A stretch of DNA of 41,424 nucleotides from an uncultured bacterium (GCA_964603025.1 CAZRTO010000003.1:1-41424), one strand, 5' to 3'. Shown: positions 7,439 to 17,202, counted from the stretch's first letter. Notes: generated by a model not told the origin, from the sequence alone. Numbers and translations: made by a program.

Positions 7439-8689
7439 TCAGCCTTCAATATATTCAACAGATGCTTTTGTCGCCTTTATTTTGGCGATCCCGCCTATCA
7501 GCCCGTCTTCCCCGTCCGTGAAAACCCTGACATAGTCCTGTGTTAGTCCTTCGAGGCGGCCGGTCTTTTTGTCGCGCTGTTCGACGAATACCGCAATATC
7601 CTTGCCGATCATATTTTTATTGTATTTCAGCATTAGCTCATCTCTCAGGTTTTTCATCACCCCGGCTCTCGCCGCTATTTCTTTGACAGGGACTTTTCCG
7701 TCCATTTTTGAGGCAGGAGTTCCGGGCCTGGGGGAAAACCTGAAAACGTGAATGCGCGAAAACCCGATATCCCGGCAGAATTTTACGGTGTTTTGGAACT
7801 GCTCTTCCTTTTCTTCTGGAAATCCTACGATCACATCTGTTGAGATCGCTATGCCTGGGACCTTATGCCGTATTCTTTCCGCTAGTTTTGAGTAACCATC
7901 ACCCGAATATTTTCTGTTCATCGCATTTAAGATGTTATCATCACCGCTTTGAAGAGGGATATGCAGGTGCCGGCAGATCTTATTGTTGCCCGCGATCACT
8001 TCCAACAGTTCGTTTGATATGTTCAGCGGCTCTATTGAGCTGATCCGCACTCTCAAAATGTCTTCGAAATCCGATATCTTTTTCAATATCAAAGGTAGAT
8101 CTTTGTTAGCGCCGGTGTTTATCCCCGTTAGGACGAGCTCTCTGATCCCTCTGTTTGCGCAGTCCCTTGCCTGGGAAAGTATATCGTCGACCGGATAAGA
8201 GATCTCCCGGCCCCTGGCGTATGGGACGATACAGTACGAACAGAAATTATTGCAGCCGTTTTGGATTATCAAATTGGCGCGGAGGCGGGGGAGATCGGAT
8301 GACGGATGACGGATGTCGGATGACGAGGGAGCCGACACTTTAGTGTCGGGCCATTCGTTTAAGAGGCGGGCAATTGTATCCTCAAATCCATCTTTATCCC
8401 TCAGAACTACGATATTATTGTTATTAAAGATCTCTTCCGCACCGTCGCTCATGTTGATGAAGCAGCCGGTGATGATAAGCTTTTTACATCTGTTTGAAAG
8501 ACTTCTTATCGTTTGTCTTGATTTTTTGTCCGCAAGCTGTGTGACCGTGCACGTGTTGATCGCCGCGATATCCGAATTTTTCTTGAAATCCACGACCTCC
8601 AGTCCCAGCGATAGGGCGGCCTCCTGCATCTTCAGCGTTTCCGCCTGGTTCATTTTGCATCCCAGTGTATGAAAAGAGATGGTTTTCAT
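7439..8689 (-). CDS. mtaB: MiaB-like methylthiotransferase, MtaB type (tRNA t6A37 methylthiotransferase)
   Basis: 416 aa. N-terminal MTTase domain (FHTLGCKMNQAE, INTCTVT). Radical SAM motif CNNFCSYC. C-terminal TRAM-like region. Start overlaps the prmC stop by 4 nt. Confidence 0.85.
   Translation of the reverse strand: MKTISFHTLGCKMNQAETLKMQEAALSLGLEVVDFKKNSDIAAINTCTVTQLADKKSRQTIRSLSNRCKKLIITGCFINMSDGAEEIFNNNNIVVLRDKDGFEDTIARLLNEWPDTKVSAPSSSDIRHPSSDLPRLRANLIIQNGCNNFCSYCIVPYARGREISYPVDDILSQARDCANRGIRELVLTGINTGANKDLPLILKKISDFEDILRVRISSIEPLNISNELLEVIAGNNKICRHLHIPLQSGDDNILNAMNRKYSGDGYSKLAERIRHKVPGIAISTDVIVGFPEEKEEQFQNTVKFCRDIGFSRIHVFRFSPRPGTPASKMDGKVPVKEIAARAGVMKNLRDELMLKYNKNMIGKDIAVFVEQRDKKTGRLEGLTQDYVRVFTDGEDGLIGGIAKIKATKASVEYIEG
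8297..8349 (-). repeat. four tandem heptamers (GGATGAC x2, GGATGTC, GGATGAC on the + strand; GTCATCC-type on the coding strand) next to a 7-bp hairpin (8332-8349, loop TAAA on the coding strand), inside the mtaB linker
   Basis: Read directly: heptamers at 8297-8324 and ccgacac-ttta-gtgtcgg at 8332-8349. They encode ..SSSDIRHPSSDLP.. in MtaB. Orientation relative to the coding strand is the same as for the copy at 24-88. Confidence 0.8.
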
Positions 8690-9546
8690 TTTGAGGCTAG
8701 AACGACACGGTCTATGCCGCTTAAGTCGCGGATCTTTGATATCGAAGAATAAACGGATGCAGAGCTCAGCATTTCCATGACCGCATCGACCTGTCCCTGA
8801 CCTGTTTCAAGCAGCAAAGAGCCTTTGTCGGCAAGGAATTCCTGTGCCTTAGCCGTTATCTTCCTGTAGTAGGCAAGGCCGTCGGGGCCGCCGTCAAGAG
8901 CCCGCAAAGGCTCATATTTTGTTATCTCAGGCTCCAGCTTTTCAAGGTCGGCTGAACTGATATACGGAGGGTTTGAAATAATTATGTCGAATTTTGATCC
9001 TAGTGGGATAGGGGAGAAAAGATCCCCCTGAAGGAAGCGCACCCTGTCGCTTACGCCGTGTTTTTTTGCATTTTCAGAGGCCAGTTCCAAAGAGGCCATA
9101 GAAATATCGGTTGCCGTAACTGCCGACGACGGAATATATTTTGCGATGCTGACGGCGATCGCTCCGCTTCCTGTCCCTATATCAAGGAGCGAGATATGAG
9201 ACATATTGCTTTCTTTTGCGATATCTATAACCTTTTCAACCAGCAGCTCTGTCTCGGGTCTTGGAATAAGCACCTCTTTTGTAACTAAAAAGTCCAGGGA
9301 CATAAAGGGCCGGTATCCGATAATATAGGCCGTGGGTTCCCTTTTTACCCTGCGGAGGATAAGTTTCTTAAATTCGGCCAGCTCTTCCTCTTTGAGCACG
9401 CGGTCGTGCATTGTGTATATCTGTATGCGTTTAATGCCCAGGGCGTGCGCCAGCAGGACCTCGGCTTCCAGATGAGCGTCTTCGATCTTGTGATTAGTGA
9501 AATATATCGTGGTCCAGTCCAGGAGGGTAGCTATCGTCCAGGTCAT
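8686..9546 (-). CDS. prmC: peptide chain release factor N5-glutamine methyltransferase
   Basis: 286 aa. SAM motif LDIGTGSGAI and catalytic NPPY. Overlaps prfA by 4 nt, the classic prfA-prmC pairing. Confidence 0.9.
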   Translation of the reverse strand: MTWTIATLLDWTTIYFTNHKIEDAHLEAEVLLAHALGIKRIQIYTMHDRVLKEEELAEFKKLILRRVKREPTAYIIGYRPFMSLDFLVTKEVLIPRPETELLVEKVIDIAKESNMSHISLLDIGTGSGAIAVSIAKYIPSSAVTATDISMASLELASENAKKHGVSDRVRFLQGDLFSPIPLGSKFDIIISNPPYISSADLEKLEPEITKYEPLRALDGGPDGLAYYRKITAKAQEFLADKGSLLLETGQGQVDAVMEMLSSASVYSSISKIRDLSGIDRVVLASK

Positions 9547-10601
9547 GACTTTGGCGCCGATTCCTTTAGTTTGGCCATGCGGTCGGCTTCGGATAGGGCG
9601 GTTATTATTTCGTCCAGAGCGCCGTCCATGACCTCGTCAATATTGAATACCGAAAGCCCGACGCGGTGATCGGTGATCCTGTTCTGCGGAAAATTGTACG
9701 TGCGCACTTTTTCGCTCCGGTCGCCACTGCCGACCTGGGTCTTTCTCATATTACTTATTTCACTGGCCCTCTTGCTTTCCTCCATTTCATAGAGGCGCGC
9801 CTGGAGGAACTTAAAGGCTTTTGCCTTGTTCTGAGCCTGTGATCTCTCGTCCTGGCACTGAACGACGATGCCGGAAGGCATATGGGTTATCCTGATCGCG
9901 GTGCTGAGCTTATTGACGTTTTGTCCTCCGGCGCCGCCGGAGCGGAAAACGTCGATCCTTATGTCTTTATCCTCTATTTTTACGTCTACATCATCCACTT
10001 CCGGTATAACGGCTACCGTCGCAGCGGATGTGTGCACTCGTCCCGAAGCTTCCGTGGCCGGGACCCTCTGCACCCTGTGCGTGCCGCTTTCGAACTTGAG
10101 GCGGCTGTAGGCGCCTTTTCCCTGTATCAAAAATACCGCCTCTTTATATCCTCCGAGGCCCGTTGGGTTGGAATCTATCATCTCAGCTTTCCAGCCGAGC
10201 CTTTCGGCATAGCGCAGGTACATCCTGAGCAGCTGTCCCGCGAACAGCGCGGCTTCTTCTCCTCCGGTGCCGGCGCGTATTTCCATGAATATGTTCTTCT
10301 CATCGTTGGGGTCTTTGGGTAGAAGGAGGATCTCGATCTCTTTTTTCAGCTCTTCCTCGCGTTTTTCGAGGTCTTTGAGCATTTCCTTGAGTTCGGGGTC
10401 TTTGGATGACTTGATGTCGTTTATGTCAGCTAGCACCTGCCTGAACTGTCCGGCCTTTTGGACGATCTCTTTTATGTCGGACAGCTCTTTACCGTATTTT
10501 TGTATCTTTTCCCTGTCTGAGAGCGTTTCGGGGCTTGAAAGAAGAGTTTCCAGTTCTTTGTGCCGCTCCTCGAACTTGGAAAGCTTGGCGAGATAATCCA
10601 T
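9543..10601 (-). CDS. prfA: peptide chain release factor 1
   Basis: 352 aa. GGQ motif (SGGAGGQNVNK) and an RF1-type PAT tripeptide (RVPATEASGRVHTS). Confidence 0.95.
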   Translation of the reverse strand: MDYLAKLSKFEERHKELETLLSSPETLSDREKIQKYGKELSDIKEIVQKAGQFRQVLADINDIKSSKDPELKEMLKDLEKREEELKKEIEILLLPKDPNDEKNIFMEIRAGTGGEEAALFAGQLLRMYLRYAERLGWKAEMIDSNPTGLGGYKEAVFLIQGKGAYSRLKFESGTHRVQRVPATEASGRVHTSAATVAVIPEVDDVDVKIEDKDIRIDVFRSGGAGGQNVNKLSTAIRITHMPSGIVVQCQDERSQAQNKAKAFKFLQARLYEMEESKRASEISNMRKTQVGSGDRSEKVRTYNFPQNRITDHRVGLSVFNIDEVMDGALDEIITALSEADRMAKLKESAPKS

Positions 10602-10607
10602 AGGGGG

Positions 10608-10871
10608 CTACTTGCTTTTTTTTGCTTTGCTGTTCTTCGAGACCCTGGTCTTTTTCTTTTTGAGGGAAACGGGTTTTGCTGCGTATTTCTTTTTGAACTT
10701 GTCCACTCTTCCTTCGGTGTCCATAAGCTTCTGCTTGCCGGTGAAGAGGGGATGGCACTTGCTGCAGATGTCCACGCGGATCGTCTTTTTTGTCGAGCCG
10801 ATCTCAAACTCCGCCCCGCACGCGCAGGCGGCGGTTACCGTATGATATTCGGGATGTATTTTGTCTTTCAC
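10608..10871 (-). CDS. rpmE: 50S ribosomal protein L31 (Zn-ribbon type) with a Lys-rich C-terminal tail
   Basis: The listed 99-aa ORF contains [10 protein letters not shown]...[13 protein letters not shown]. The conserved L31 N-terminus begins at the GTG (reverse complement of cac at 10869-10871), so I trimmed the start. Confidence 0.85.
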   Translation of the reverse strand: MKDKIHPEYHTVTAACACGAEFEIGSTKKTIRVDICSKCHPLFTGKQKLMDTEGRVDKFKKKYAAKPVSLKKKKTRVSKNSKAKKSK

Positions 10872-10923
10872 AAATGCATTATAGCATGCCAAAAGTCGGC
10901 TTATCAAGGTGTCAAGCCGGAAT

Positions 10924-10953
10924 TTGTAAAGGTTTATACCACCATGTTATAAT
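10924..10953 (+). promoter_or_regulatory. putative asd promoter: TTGTAA-18 nt-TATAAT with TG extension
   Basis: ttgtaa at 10924-10929 and tgttataat ending at 10953. The ATG lies 21 nt downstream, with an AAAGGTG SD-like element between. Confidence 0.5.
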
Positions 10954-10974
10954 CTTGAAAAGAAAGGTGTAATA

Positions 10975-11991
10975 ATGTCTAAAAAGTACAAAGTTGCCGT
11001 TTTGGGCGCGACCGGAGTGGTAGGCAAAGAGATGCTCAAAGTTCTCGAGGAGAGAAATTTCCCCGTGGAGAGGCTTTTGCCGCTGGCATCCAGCAGGACG
11101 GCGGGCTCAACGGTTGTTTTCAAAGGAAAAGAGCACAAAGTCGAGCTCGCGGAGCCCGACTCGTTCAACGACATAGATATAGGGCTTTTTTCGGCCGGCG
11201 CGTCAATATCTGAAAAATTCGCTCCGGAAGCGGCAAAAAGGGGAGTTGTTGTGATCGATAACACCTCTTTTTTCAGGATGCATCCGGATATTCCTCTGGT
11301 AGTGCCGGAGGTCAATCCTCAAGCGCTCAAAAGGCACAAAGGCATAATTGCCAATCCCAACTGTTCGACCGCCCAGATGGTGGTAGTGCTGAAACCTATA
11401 CACGACAAATACAGGATAAAAAGGGTTGTCATATCGACATACCAGTCTGTGTCCGGCTGGGGCAAAGAAGCGGTTGACGAGCTGATAACCCAGACCAAAG
11501 CATGGGTAGAGGGGCGGCCCGTTGAGACCAAGATACTGCCCAGGCAGATAATGTTCAACGCTGTCCCGCAGATCGACTCTTTCCTTGACACGGGATATAC
11601 CAAGGAAGAGATGAAGATGATCAATGAGACCAAAAAGATAATGGAGGACGATTCGATAGCGGTCACCGCTACTACGGTCAGGGTGCCGGTGTTCATAGGC
11701 CACAGCGAATCGGTGAACATCGAGACCGAAAAGCCTCTGTCGCGCGAAGATGTGATGCATCTGCTGTCAAAAGCGCCCGGGGTCAAAGTAATGGACGACC
11801 CGGCAAACAAAGTTTATCCGACCGCGATCGACTGCGTCGGTATAGACGATACGCTGGTGGGCAGGATACGCAAAGACGTTTCGGTGCCCAACGGTATCGA
11901 TCTTTGGATCGTATCGGACAACTTAAGAAAAGGCGCGGCGACCAACGCGGTCCAGATAGCCGAGGAAATGATAAGACAAGGGCTTTTATGA
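10975..11991 (+). CDS. asd: aspartate-semialdehyde dehydrogenase
   Basis: 338 aa. N-terminal VAVLGATGVVG NAD(P) motif, active-site IANPNCSTAQ and downstream GHS motif. Confidence 0.95.
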   Translation: MSKKYKVAVLGATGVVGKEMLKVLEERNFPVERLLPLASSRTAGSTVVFKGKEHKVELAEPDSFNDIDIGLFSAGASISEKFAPEAAKRGVVVIDNTSFFRMHPDIPLVVPEVNPQALKRHKGIIANPNCSTAQMVVVLKPIHDKYRIKRVVISTYQSVSGWGKEAVDELITQTKAWVEGRPVETKILPRQIMFNAVPQIDSFLDTGYTKEEMKMINETKKIMEDDSIAVTATTVRVPVFIGHSESVNIETEKPLSREDVMHLLSKAPGVKVMDDPANKVYPTAIDCVGIDDTLVGRIRKDVSVPNGIDLWIVSDNLRKGAATNAVQIAEEMIRQGLL

Positions 11992-13022
11992 AGAAGAATG
12001 AGCCTCTGCTCAGCTCAAAGTCCATGGATTCCATCCAGAGGATAATGCCCCCTGTCATATTCGTTATATGCGCTGTTCTGACCGGAACTATAGGGTACAT
12101 CATCATAGAGAAAATGTCTCCGCTGGACTCTTTATATTTGACGGTTGCGAGCATGTTCCTTACGGTGAGCTATCTTGATACTATAAAATTCTCCGAAACA
12201 GGAAAGATATTTTCCGTGTTCTTTCTGGTGTTCGGCGTATTCTCCGTGTTCTATGCTGTCGGCACGATAATCGAGTTCATAGTTGAAGGAAATATTTTAG
12301 GTATCAGGAGGAGAAAAAAGATGGATGAAAAGATCAAACATATGAAAGACCATTATATTATCTGCGGCTACGGCAGGGTCGGGCACCAGATATCGGAGGA
12401 GTTGAGGGCACATAAAAAACCTTTTGTGGTCATAGATCAGAAAGAAAATACTGCCGAAGAGCTAAACTCCAATGGTATCCCTTATTTCATCGGCAGCCTG
12501 TCGGACGATGTCCTGTTGGAAAAGGCGGGAATATCCCGCGCTAAAGTGCTTTTTGCCGCGGCCGACAGCGATGTGGACAACGTGTACGTGACCCTGGCCG
12601 CCAAGGTCGTGAACCCGAATATCTTCATAGTTGCGCGTGCCAGCCACAAAGAGACCGAGAGCAAGCTCAAAAAAGCCGGGGCGGGCAAAGTGATCAGCCC
12701 GTATTTTATAGCCGGCAGCAGGATGGCTTCCATGGCTGTGAGCCCTGTTTCTGTCGAGTTCCTTGATATAGCGATGGGCAGCGAGAACGTGGAAATGTGG
12801 GTGAGAGAATTCAAGATCGGTGACGGCTCTCCGCTTGCCGGGAAAACGCTCGGGGAGGCCAACGTAAGGAAAGCGACCGGCACAATGATACTCTCCATCA
12901 AAAAAGCTTCCGGCGGATTTGAGCTGACGCCCAAGTCTTCCAGCCTTATAGAAAAAGGCGATATCCTGGTCGCTCTGGGCACGGGCCAGCAGCTGATCTG
13001 CCTTGAGAACGCGTTAAAATAA
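11988..13022 (+). CDS. 2-TM potassium-channel-like protein with RCK (TrkA-N/TrkA-C) domains, MthK-like architecture
   Basis: Start chosen at the ATG in the ATGA overlap with the asd stop (MKKNEPLL...). Two TM helices flank a pore-like segment. Rossmann motif ICGYGRVGHQI. C-terminal TrkA-C-like domain. Confidence 0.8.
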   Translation: MKKNEPLLSSKSMDSIQRIMPPVIFVICAVLTGTIGYIIIEKMSPLDSLYLTVASMFLTVSYLDTIKFSETGKIFSVFFLVFGVFSVFYAVGTIIEFIVEGNILGIRRRKKMDEKIKHMKDHYIICGYGRVGHQISEELRAHKKPFVVIDQKENTAEELNSNGIPYFIGSLSDDVLLEKAGISRAKVLFAAADSDVDNVYVTLAAKVVNPNIFIVARASHKETESKLKKAGAGKVISPYFIAGSRMASMAVSPVSVEFLDIAMGSENVEMWVREFKIGDGSPLAGKTLGEANVRKATGTMILSIKKASGGFELTPKSSSLIEKGDILVALGTGQQLICLENALK

Positions 13023-13555
13023 TGGCTTTCATGAAAGAGAACGAATATCTGTCTTTAGCCGTCAGGACAGCCGCGGCGGAGATATGCCTCGCGGCCCGCA
13101 CCGCTCCGAAAACAAGAGGGGTTGACCTTATTGAAACGGCGATAATAGACGGAGCGGATCTGCAAAAGTTGACGGCCGAGATGGAGAAAATTTTCGCTTC
13201 GACACAGAGAGAGGCTTTCCGCAAGAACGCGGGCTCGCTTAAGGACTGCAATTGTGTCGTCCTGATAGGCGCAAGGAATAAAACAGCGGGCCTTTCACCG
13301 TGCGGACTGTGCGGATTCAAGGATTGCGAGGATAACGAGCGGAACGGCGCGGTTTGCGCTTTTAATGTGATGGACCTCGGGATCGCCATAGGCTCGGCGG
13401 TTTCGGCCGCCGCTGACAGAAGGATCGACAACCGCCTTATGTGGACGATCGGCATGGCGGCAAAGGATCTGGGCCTGCTCGGACCGGAGGTAAAACAGAT
13501 CATCGGTATCCCTCTGAGCGCTACCGGCAAGAATATATTTTTCGACAGGAAATAA
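13022..13555 (+). CDS. DUF2148-type ferredoxin-domain protein
   Basis: 177 aa. AARTAPKTRGVD, CGLCGFKDCE, CAFN..DLGIAIGSA and C-terminal GIPLSATGKNIFFDRK match my recollection of the DUF2148/COG4739 family. TAATG overlap with the upstream gene. Confidence 0.75.
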   Translation: MAFMKENEYLSLAVRTAAAEICLAARTAPKTRGVDLIETAIIDGADLQKLTAEMEKIFASTQREAFRKNAGSLKDCNCVVLIGARNKTAGLSPCGLCGFKDCEDNERNGAVCAFNVMDLGIAIGSAVSAAADRRIDNRLMWTIGMAAKDLGLLGPEVKQIIGIPLSATGKNIFFDRK

Positions 13556-13567
13556 AGGAGAAACGCC

Positions 13568-14176
13568 ATGTTTGAAGACATAAAGGCGGTATTTGAAAGA
13601 GACCCGGCCGCGAAGAACATCTTTGAAGTCCTTCTCTACCAGGGGATATGGTCCGTATTTTTCCACAGGATCGCGCATTTTCTGTATCAGGTCGGGATCC
13701 CCGTAATACCACGCCTGATATCCCAGATAAGCCGCTTTCTTACAGGGATCGAGATACATCCGGGAGCGACCATAGGCAAAGGGTTCTTTATCGACCATGG
13801 GGCGGGCGTAGTTATTGGCGAAACAACGGTCATCGGCGATAATGTCACCATTTATCAGGGTGTTACCCTGGGCGGAACGGGAAAAGAAAAAGGCAAAAGG
13901 CACCCGACAGTGGGCAATAACGTGATAATCGGAGCCGAAGCCATAGTCTTGGGAAATATAAATATTGGCGACAACTCAAGAATAGGTGCCGGAGCTCTGG
14001 TGACCAGGTCGGTCTGCCCGAACTGCACTGTTGTGGGCAATCCGGCAAGGGTCGTTGTACGGGACGGCGTCAAAATAAATCCGCTAGAACACGGGGACCT
14101 GCCGGACCCTGTCGGCAAGGCGCTCGAAGAACTTCAAAGCAGGATCGATAAGTTGGAAAAAAAGATAGGCGGATAA
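13568..14176 (+). CDS. cysE: serine O-acetyltransferase
   Basis: 202 aa. DPAAKN...HRIAH N-terminal region followed by hexapeptide repeats ([41 protein letters not shown]). Confidence 0.9.
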   Translation: MFEDIKAVFERDPAAKNIFEVLLYQGIWSVFFHRIAHFLYQVGIPVIPRLISQISRFLTGIEIHPGATIGKGFFIDHGAGVVIGETTVIGDNVTIYQGVTLGGTGKEKGKRHPTVGNNVIIGAEAIVLGNINIGDNSRIGAGALVTRSVCPNCTVVGNPARVVVRDGVKINPLEHGDLPDPVGKALEELQSRIDKLEKKIGG

Positions 14177-14184
14177 AAAACCGT

Positions 14185-15630
14185 ATGGCCCTTCGTGTTT
14201 TTAATACAGTGACCAGGCAAAAAGAACTTTTTGAGCCGCGCGTGCCCGGAGAGGTCTCTATGTACGTGTGCGGCATCACCCCGTATGACGAGACCCACCT
14301 GGGCCACGGGCGCGCTTATGTAGCGTTCGATATCATCCGCAGGTATCTGGAATACAGCGGATATAAGGTAAGATATTTCCAGAACATAACCGATATAGAC
14401 GACAAGATAATCAAAAAAGCCGCGGACAGCTCTACAAGTATCGAAGAGATCACGGACAGATACACAAAAAGCTTTTTCGATGTAATGGACAAGCTTAAAG
14501 TGAAAAAAGCTTCCGGCTATCCAAAGGCTACAGAGCATATCAAAGAGATGGTCGGCTTTACCAAAATGCTTGAGGAAAAAGGGTTCGCCTACGCGTCCGG
14601 AGGGGATGTGTATTTTGACATCTCAAAATTCGTATCGTACGGTCAGCTTTCAAAGAGGGACATCGAAGGCATGCTGTCCGGGGCCAGGGTGGAAGTCAAC
14701 GAAAATAAAAAGGACCCTCTTGATTTTGTCCTCTGGAAGACCGCCAAAGAGGGGGAGCCGTCCTGGGAAAGCCCGTGGGGGCAAGGCCGGCCGGGCTGGC
14801 ATACGGAGTGCGTCGTAATGTCAAAAAAACATCTCGGAGAGACCATAGATATTCACGGTGGAGGCGCAGATCTCATGTTCCCGCACCACGAGAACGAAGT
14901 CGCTCAGGCCGAATGCTGCGGTCCCAGGCCATTTGTGAAATACTGGATGCACAACGGCTTTATAACCGTGAACAAAGAAAAAATGTCCAAATCGCTGGGC
15001 AACTTTTTTACGCTTGCAGAGGTATTCAAACAGTTCGATCCGTCAGTTGTCAGGTATTTTCTTTTAAGGACACACTACCGCAGCCCGGTCAATTTCAGCA
15101 TTGACGACCTTGAGGAGGCAAAAAGTGCCCTTGAAAGCATAAAGAACGCTTATGACGACATGCAGTTCATGCTCAAAAACGTCCACAACAACAGCGTTGA
15201 GTCCGATGTGGACCTTAAAGTCTGCAAGGAGAAGTTCGTCGAGGCGATGGACGATGATTTCAACACGTCCGCGGCGCTGGCCGTGATATTCGATCTGATC
15301 AAGTCCTATCATGAAAAGAAGTTCAAGCTGACAGGCGAGCAGATAAGCAATATCAAGAACCTCCTGGAAGAGTTCAACTCAGTACTCCAGCTGGGGCTCA
15401 AGGAGTCCAAGGTCGAGATCAAGCAAAGCGCGCAGGACCTGCTTGAAAAGCGGAACGAGGCGCGCAGGAACAAGGACTTTGCACTGGCCGATAAGTTCAG
15501 GGCGGAGATCGAGGCCATGGGGTATACTATAGACGACACTCCTTTCGGCTCGTTCGTAAAGAAGAAGCCCGAGAAAAAAGATCCGGAAAAAAAGATAGCC
15601 GATCCGTTCGGCTTAGGTAAAAAAGGATAA
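14185..15630 (+). CDS. cysS: cysteine--tRNA ligase
   Basis: 481 aa. Class I HIGH-type motif (THLGHGR) and KMSKS. Confidence 0.95.
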   Translation: MALRVFNTVTRQKELFEPRVPGEVSMYVCGITPYDETHLGHGRAYVAFDIIRRYLEYSGYKVRYFQNITDIDDKIIKKAADSSTSIEEITDRYTKSFFDVMDKLKVKKASGYPKATEHIKEMVGFTKMLEEKGFAYASGGDVYFDISKFVSYGQLSKRDIEGMLSGARVEVNENKKDPLDFVLWKTAKEGEPSWESPWGQGRPGWHTECVVMSKKHLGETIDIHGGGADLMFPHHENEVAQAECCGPRPFVKYWMHNGFITVNKEKMSKSLGNFFTLAEVFKQFDPSVVRYFLLRTHYRSPVNFSIDDLEEAKSALESIKNAYDDMQFMLKNVHNNSVESDVDLKVCKEKFVEAMDDDFNTSAALAVIFDLIKSYHEKKFKLTGEQISNIKNLLEEFNSVLQLGLKESKVEIKQSAQDLLEKRNEARRNKDFALADKFRAEIEAMGYTIDDTPFGSFVKKKPEKKDPEKKIADPFGLGKKG

Positions 15631-15634
15631 AGAT

Positions 15635-16891
15635 ATGCTCGATCCAAAATTCATAAGATCTAATCCCGAAAAAATAAAGACCGCGCTTATCAACAGGGGC
15701 GCGGATATTGCTCTGTTGGAAGAGTTTTTGGCTGTCGACGCCAAGTGGCGGGAAAAAACAGCCGCTTACGAATCCTTGAAAAGCACTCAGAACCAGGTAT
15801 CTTCCGAGATCGCTCAGCTAAAAAGAGAAAAAAAAGACACCTCAGAGCTAATGTCCCGGATGAAAGAAACGGCAGAAAAGACCAGGGGCCTGTCCGAAGA
15901 GCTCAAAGCGCTGGAAACAGAGCTGGAGAACAAAGCTCTTTACCTGCCGAATATCCCGGGCGAAAAGACGCCCGTCGGCAGTGATGAATCGCAAAATATC
16001 GAAGTGCGAAGATGGGGTGAGCCCAGGAAATTCGATTTCACGCCGAAGAGCCATGACGAGATAGGCGAAAAACTGGGGATTTTTGATTTTAAGCGCGCCG
16101 CCAAGATCTCGGGAGGCAGGTTCGCCGTGTTAAAAGGCCGCGGCGCGCGTCTTGAAATGGCGCTTATCAATTTCATGCTGGATGTTCATACCAAAAAACA
16201 CGGATACACGCAGGTCTTTACGCCTTTTTTGGTCAATGAGGCGTCCATGACGGGTACTGGCCAGCTGCCCAAGTTCAGGGAGGATATGTACGAAGCAAGC
16301 GACGGGCTTTTTATGATACCGACGGCGGAAGTCTCCGTGACAAATCTGCATCGCGACGAAGTTCTTTCCGCTGAAGAACTGCCGGTAAAATATGCCGCGT
16401 ATTCCGCGTGTTTCAGGAGGGAGGCAGGTTCCTACGGCAAGGACGTGAAGGGGATCATCCGCCAGCACCAGTTCAACAAGGTGGAACTGGTAAAATTCTG
16501 CCTGCCGGAGAAGTCCTGCGACGAGCTCGAAGCTCTCACCGCCGATGCCGAGGAGATCCTCAAGCTTTTGGAACTTCCCTATAGGGTGATAGCTCTTTGC
16601 ACAGGGGACTTAAGTTTTGCTTCTTCCAGGACATATGATATAGAAGTATGGTTCCCATCCGAGGGTAAATACAGAGAAGTGTCGTCCTGCTCCAACTTTG
16701 AGGAATTCCAGGCCCGCAGGATGAATATAAAATACCGCGCGGACGCAAAAATGAAGCCAGCATTTGTCCACACGCTGAACGGTTCCGGGCTCGCTGTAGG
16801 GCGCACAATGGCGGCGATTATCGAGAATTATCAGCTAAGCGACGGTTCTTTTAAGCTCCCTAATATCCTATCTTCTTACATGCAAGAATAG
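15635..16891 (+). CDS. serS: serine--tRNA ligase
   Basis: 418 aa. N-terminal coiled-coil arm and class II core (FRREAGSYGKD, TLNGSGLAVGRT). Confidence 0.95.
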   Translation: MLDPKFIRSNPEKIKTALINRGADIALLEEFLAVDAKWREKTAAYESLKSTQNQVSSEIAQLKREKKDTSELMSRMKETAEKTRGLSEELKALETELENKALYLPNIPGEKTPVGSDESQNIEVRRWGEPRKFDFTPKSHDEIGEKLGIFDFKRAAKISGGRFAVLKGRGARLEMALINFMLDVHTKKHGYTQVFTPFLVNEASMTGTGQLPKFREDMYEASDGLFMIPTAEVSVTNLHRDEVLSAEELPVKYAAYSACFRREAGSYGKDVKGIIRQHQFNKVELVKFCLPEKSCDELEALTADAEEILKLLELPYRVIALCTGDLSFASSRTYDIEVWFPSEGKYREVSSCSNFEEFQARRMNIKYRADAKMKPAFVHTLNGSGLAVGRTMAAIIENYQLSDGSFKLPNILSSYMQE

Positions 16892-16930
16892 CGCCCGTAA
16901 AAGCGATGAATCCTTTGAGGTGTTGATTAT

Positions 16931-17113
16931 ATGGAAGTCAATGCGGCAAGGATGCCGGAACGTCTGGATCCCGGCAGGAGCAAAGATCGGACTATCAATG
17001 AAGTAATAGAAGAGGCGCACGACCTGAAGAGCGCTTTTGACAGGGCCACCAGCGGCCTCAAACAATCGGATATCCCCGGGGTCTACATTCCCAGCAACAT
17101 TTCCACGGTATAA
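16931..17113 (+). CDS. hypothetical small protein (60 aa), uncertain
   Basis: ORF in an otherwise empty 526-nt spacer. GAGGTG lies about 8 nt upstream of the ATG. No recognisable motif. Confidence 0.3.
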   Translation: MEVNAARMPERLDPGRSKDRTINEVIEEAHDLKSAFDRATSGLKQSDIPGVYIPSNISTV

Positions 17114-17202
17114 AAACCATAAAATATGCAAGTTTAAGCCTCACTGCGACGATATATAAAATAGAAAACAGCCCGGTTGATACGCCAAGGAGGAACAACG
17201 CT

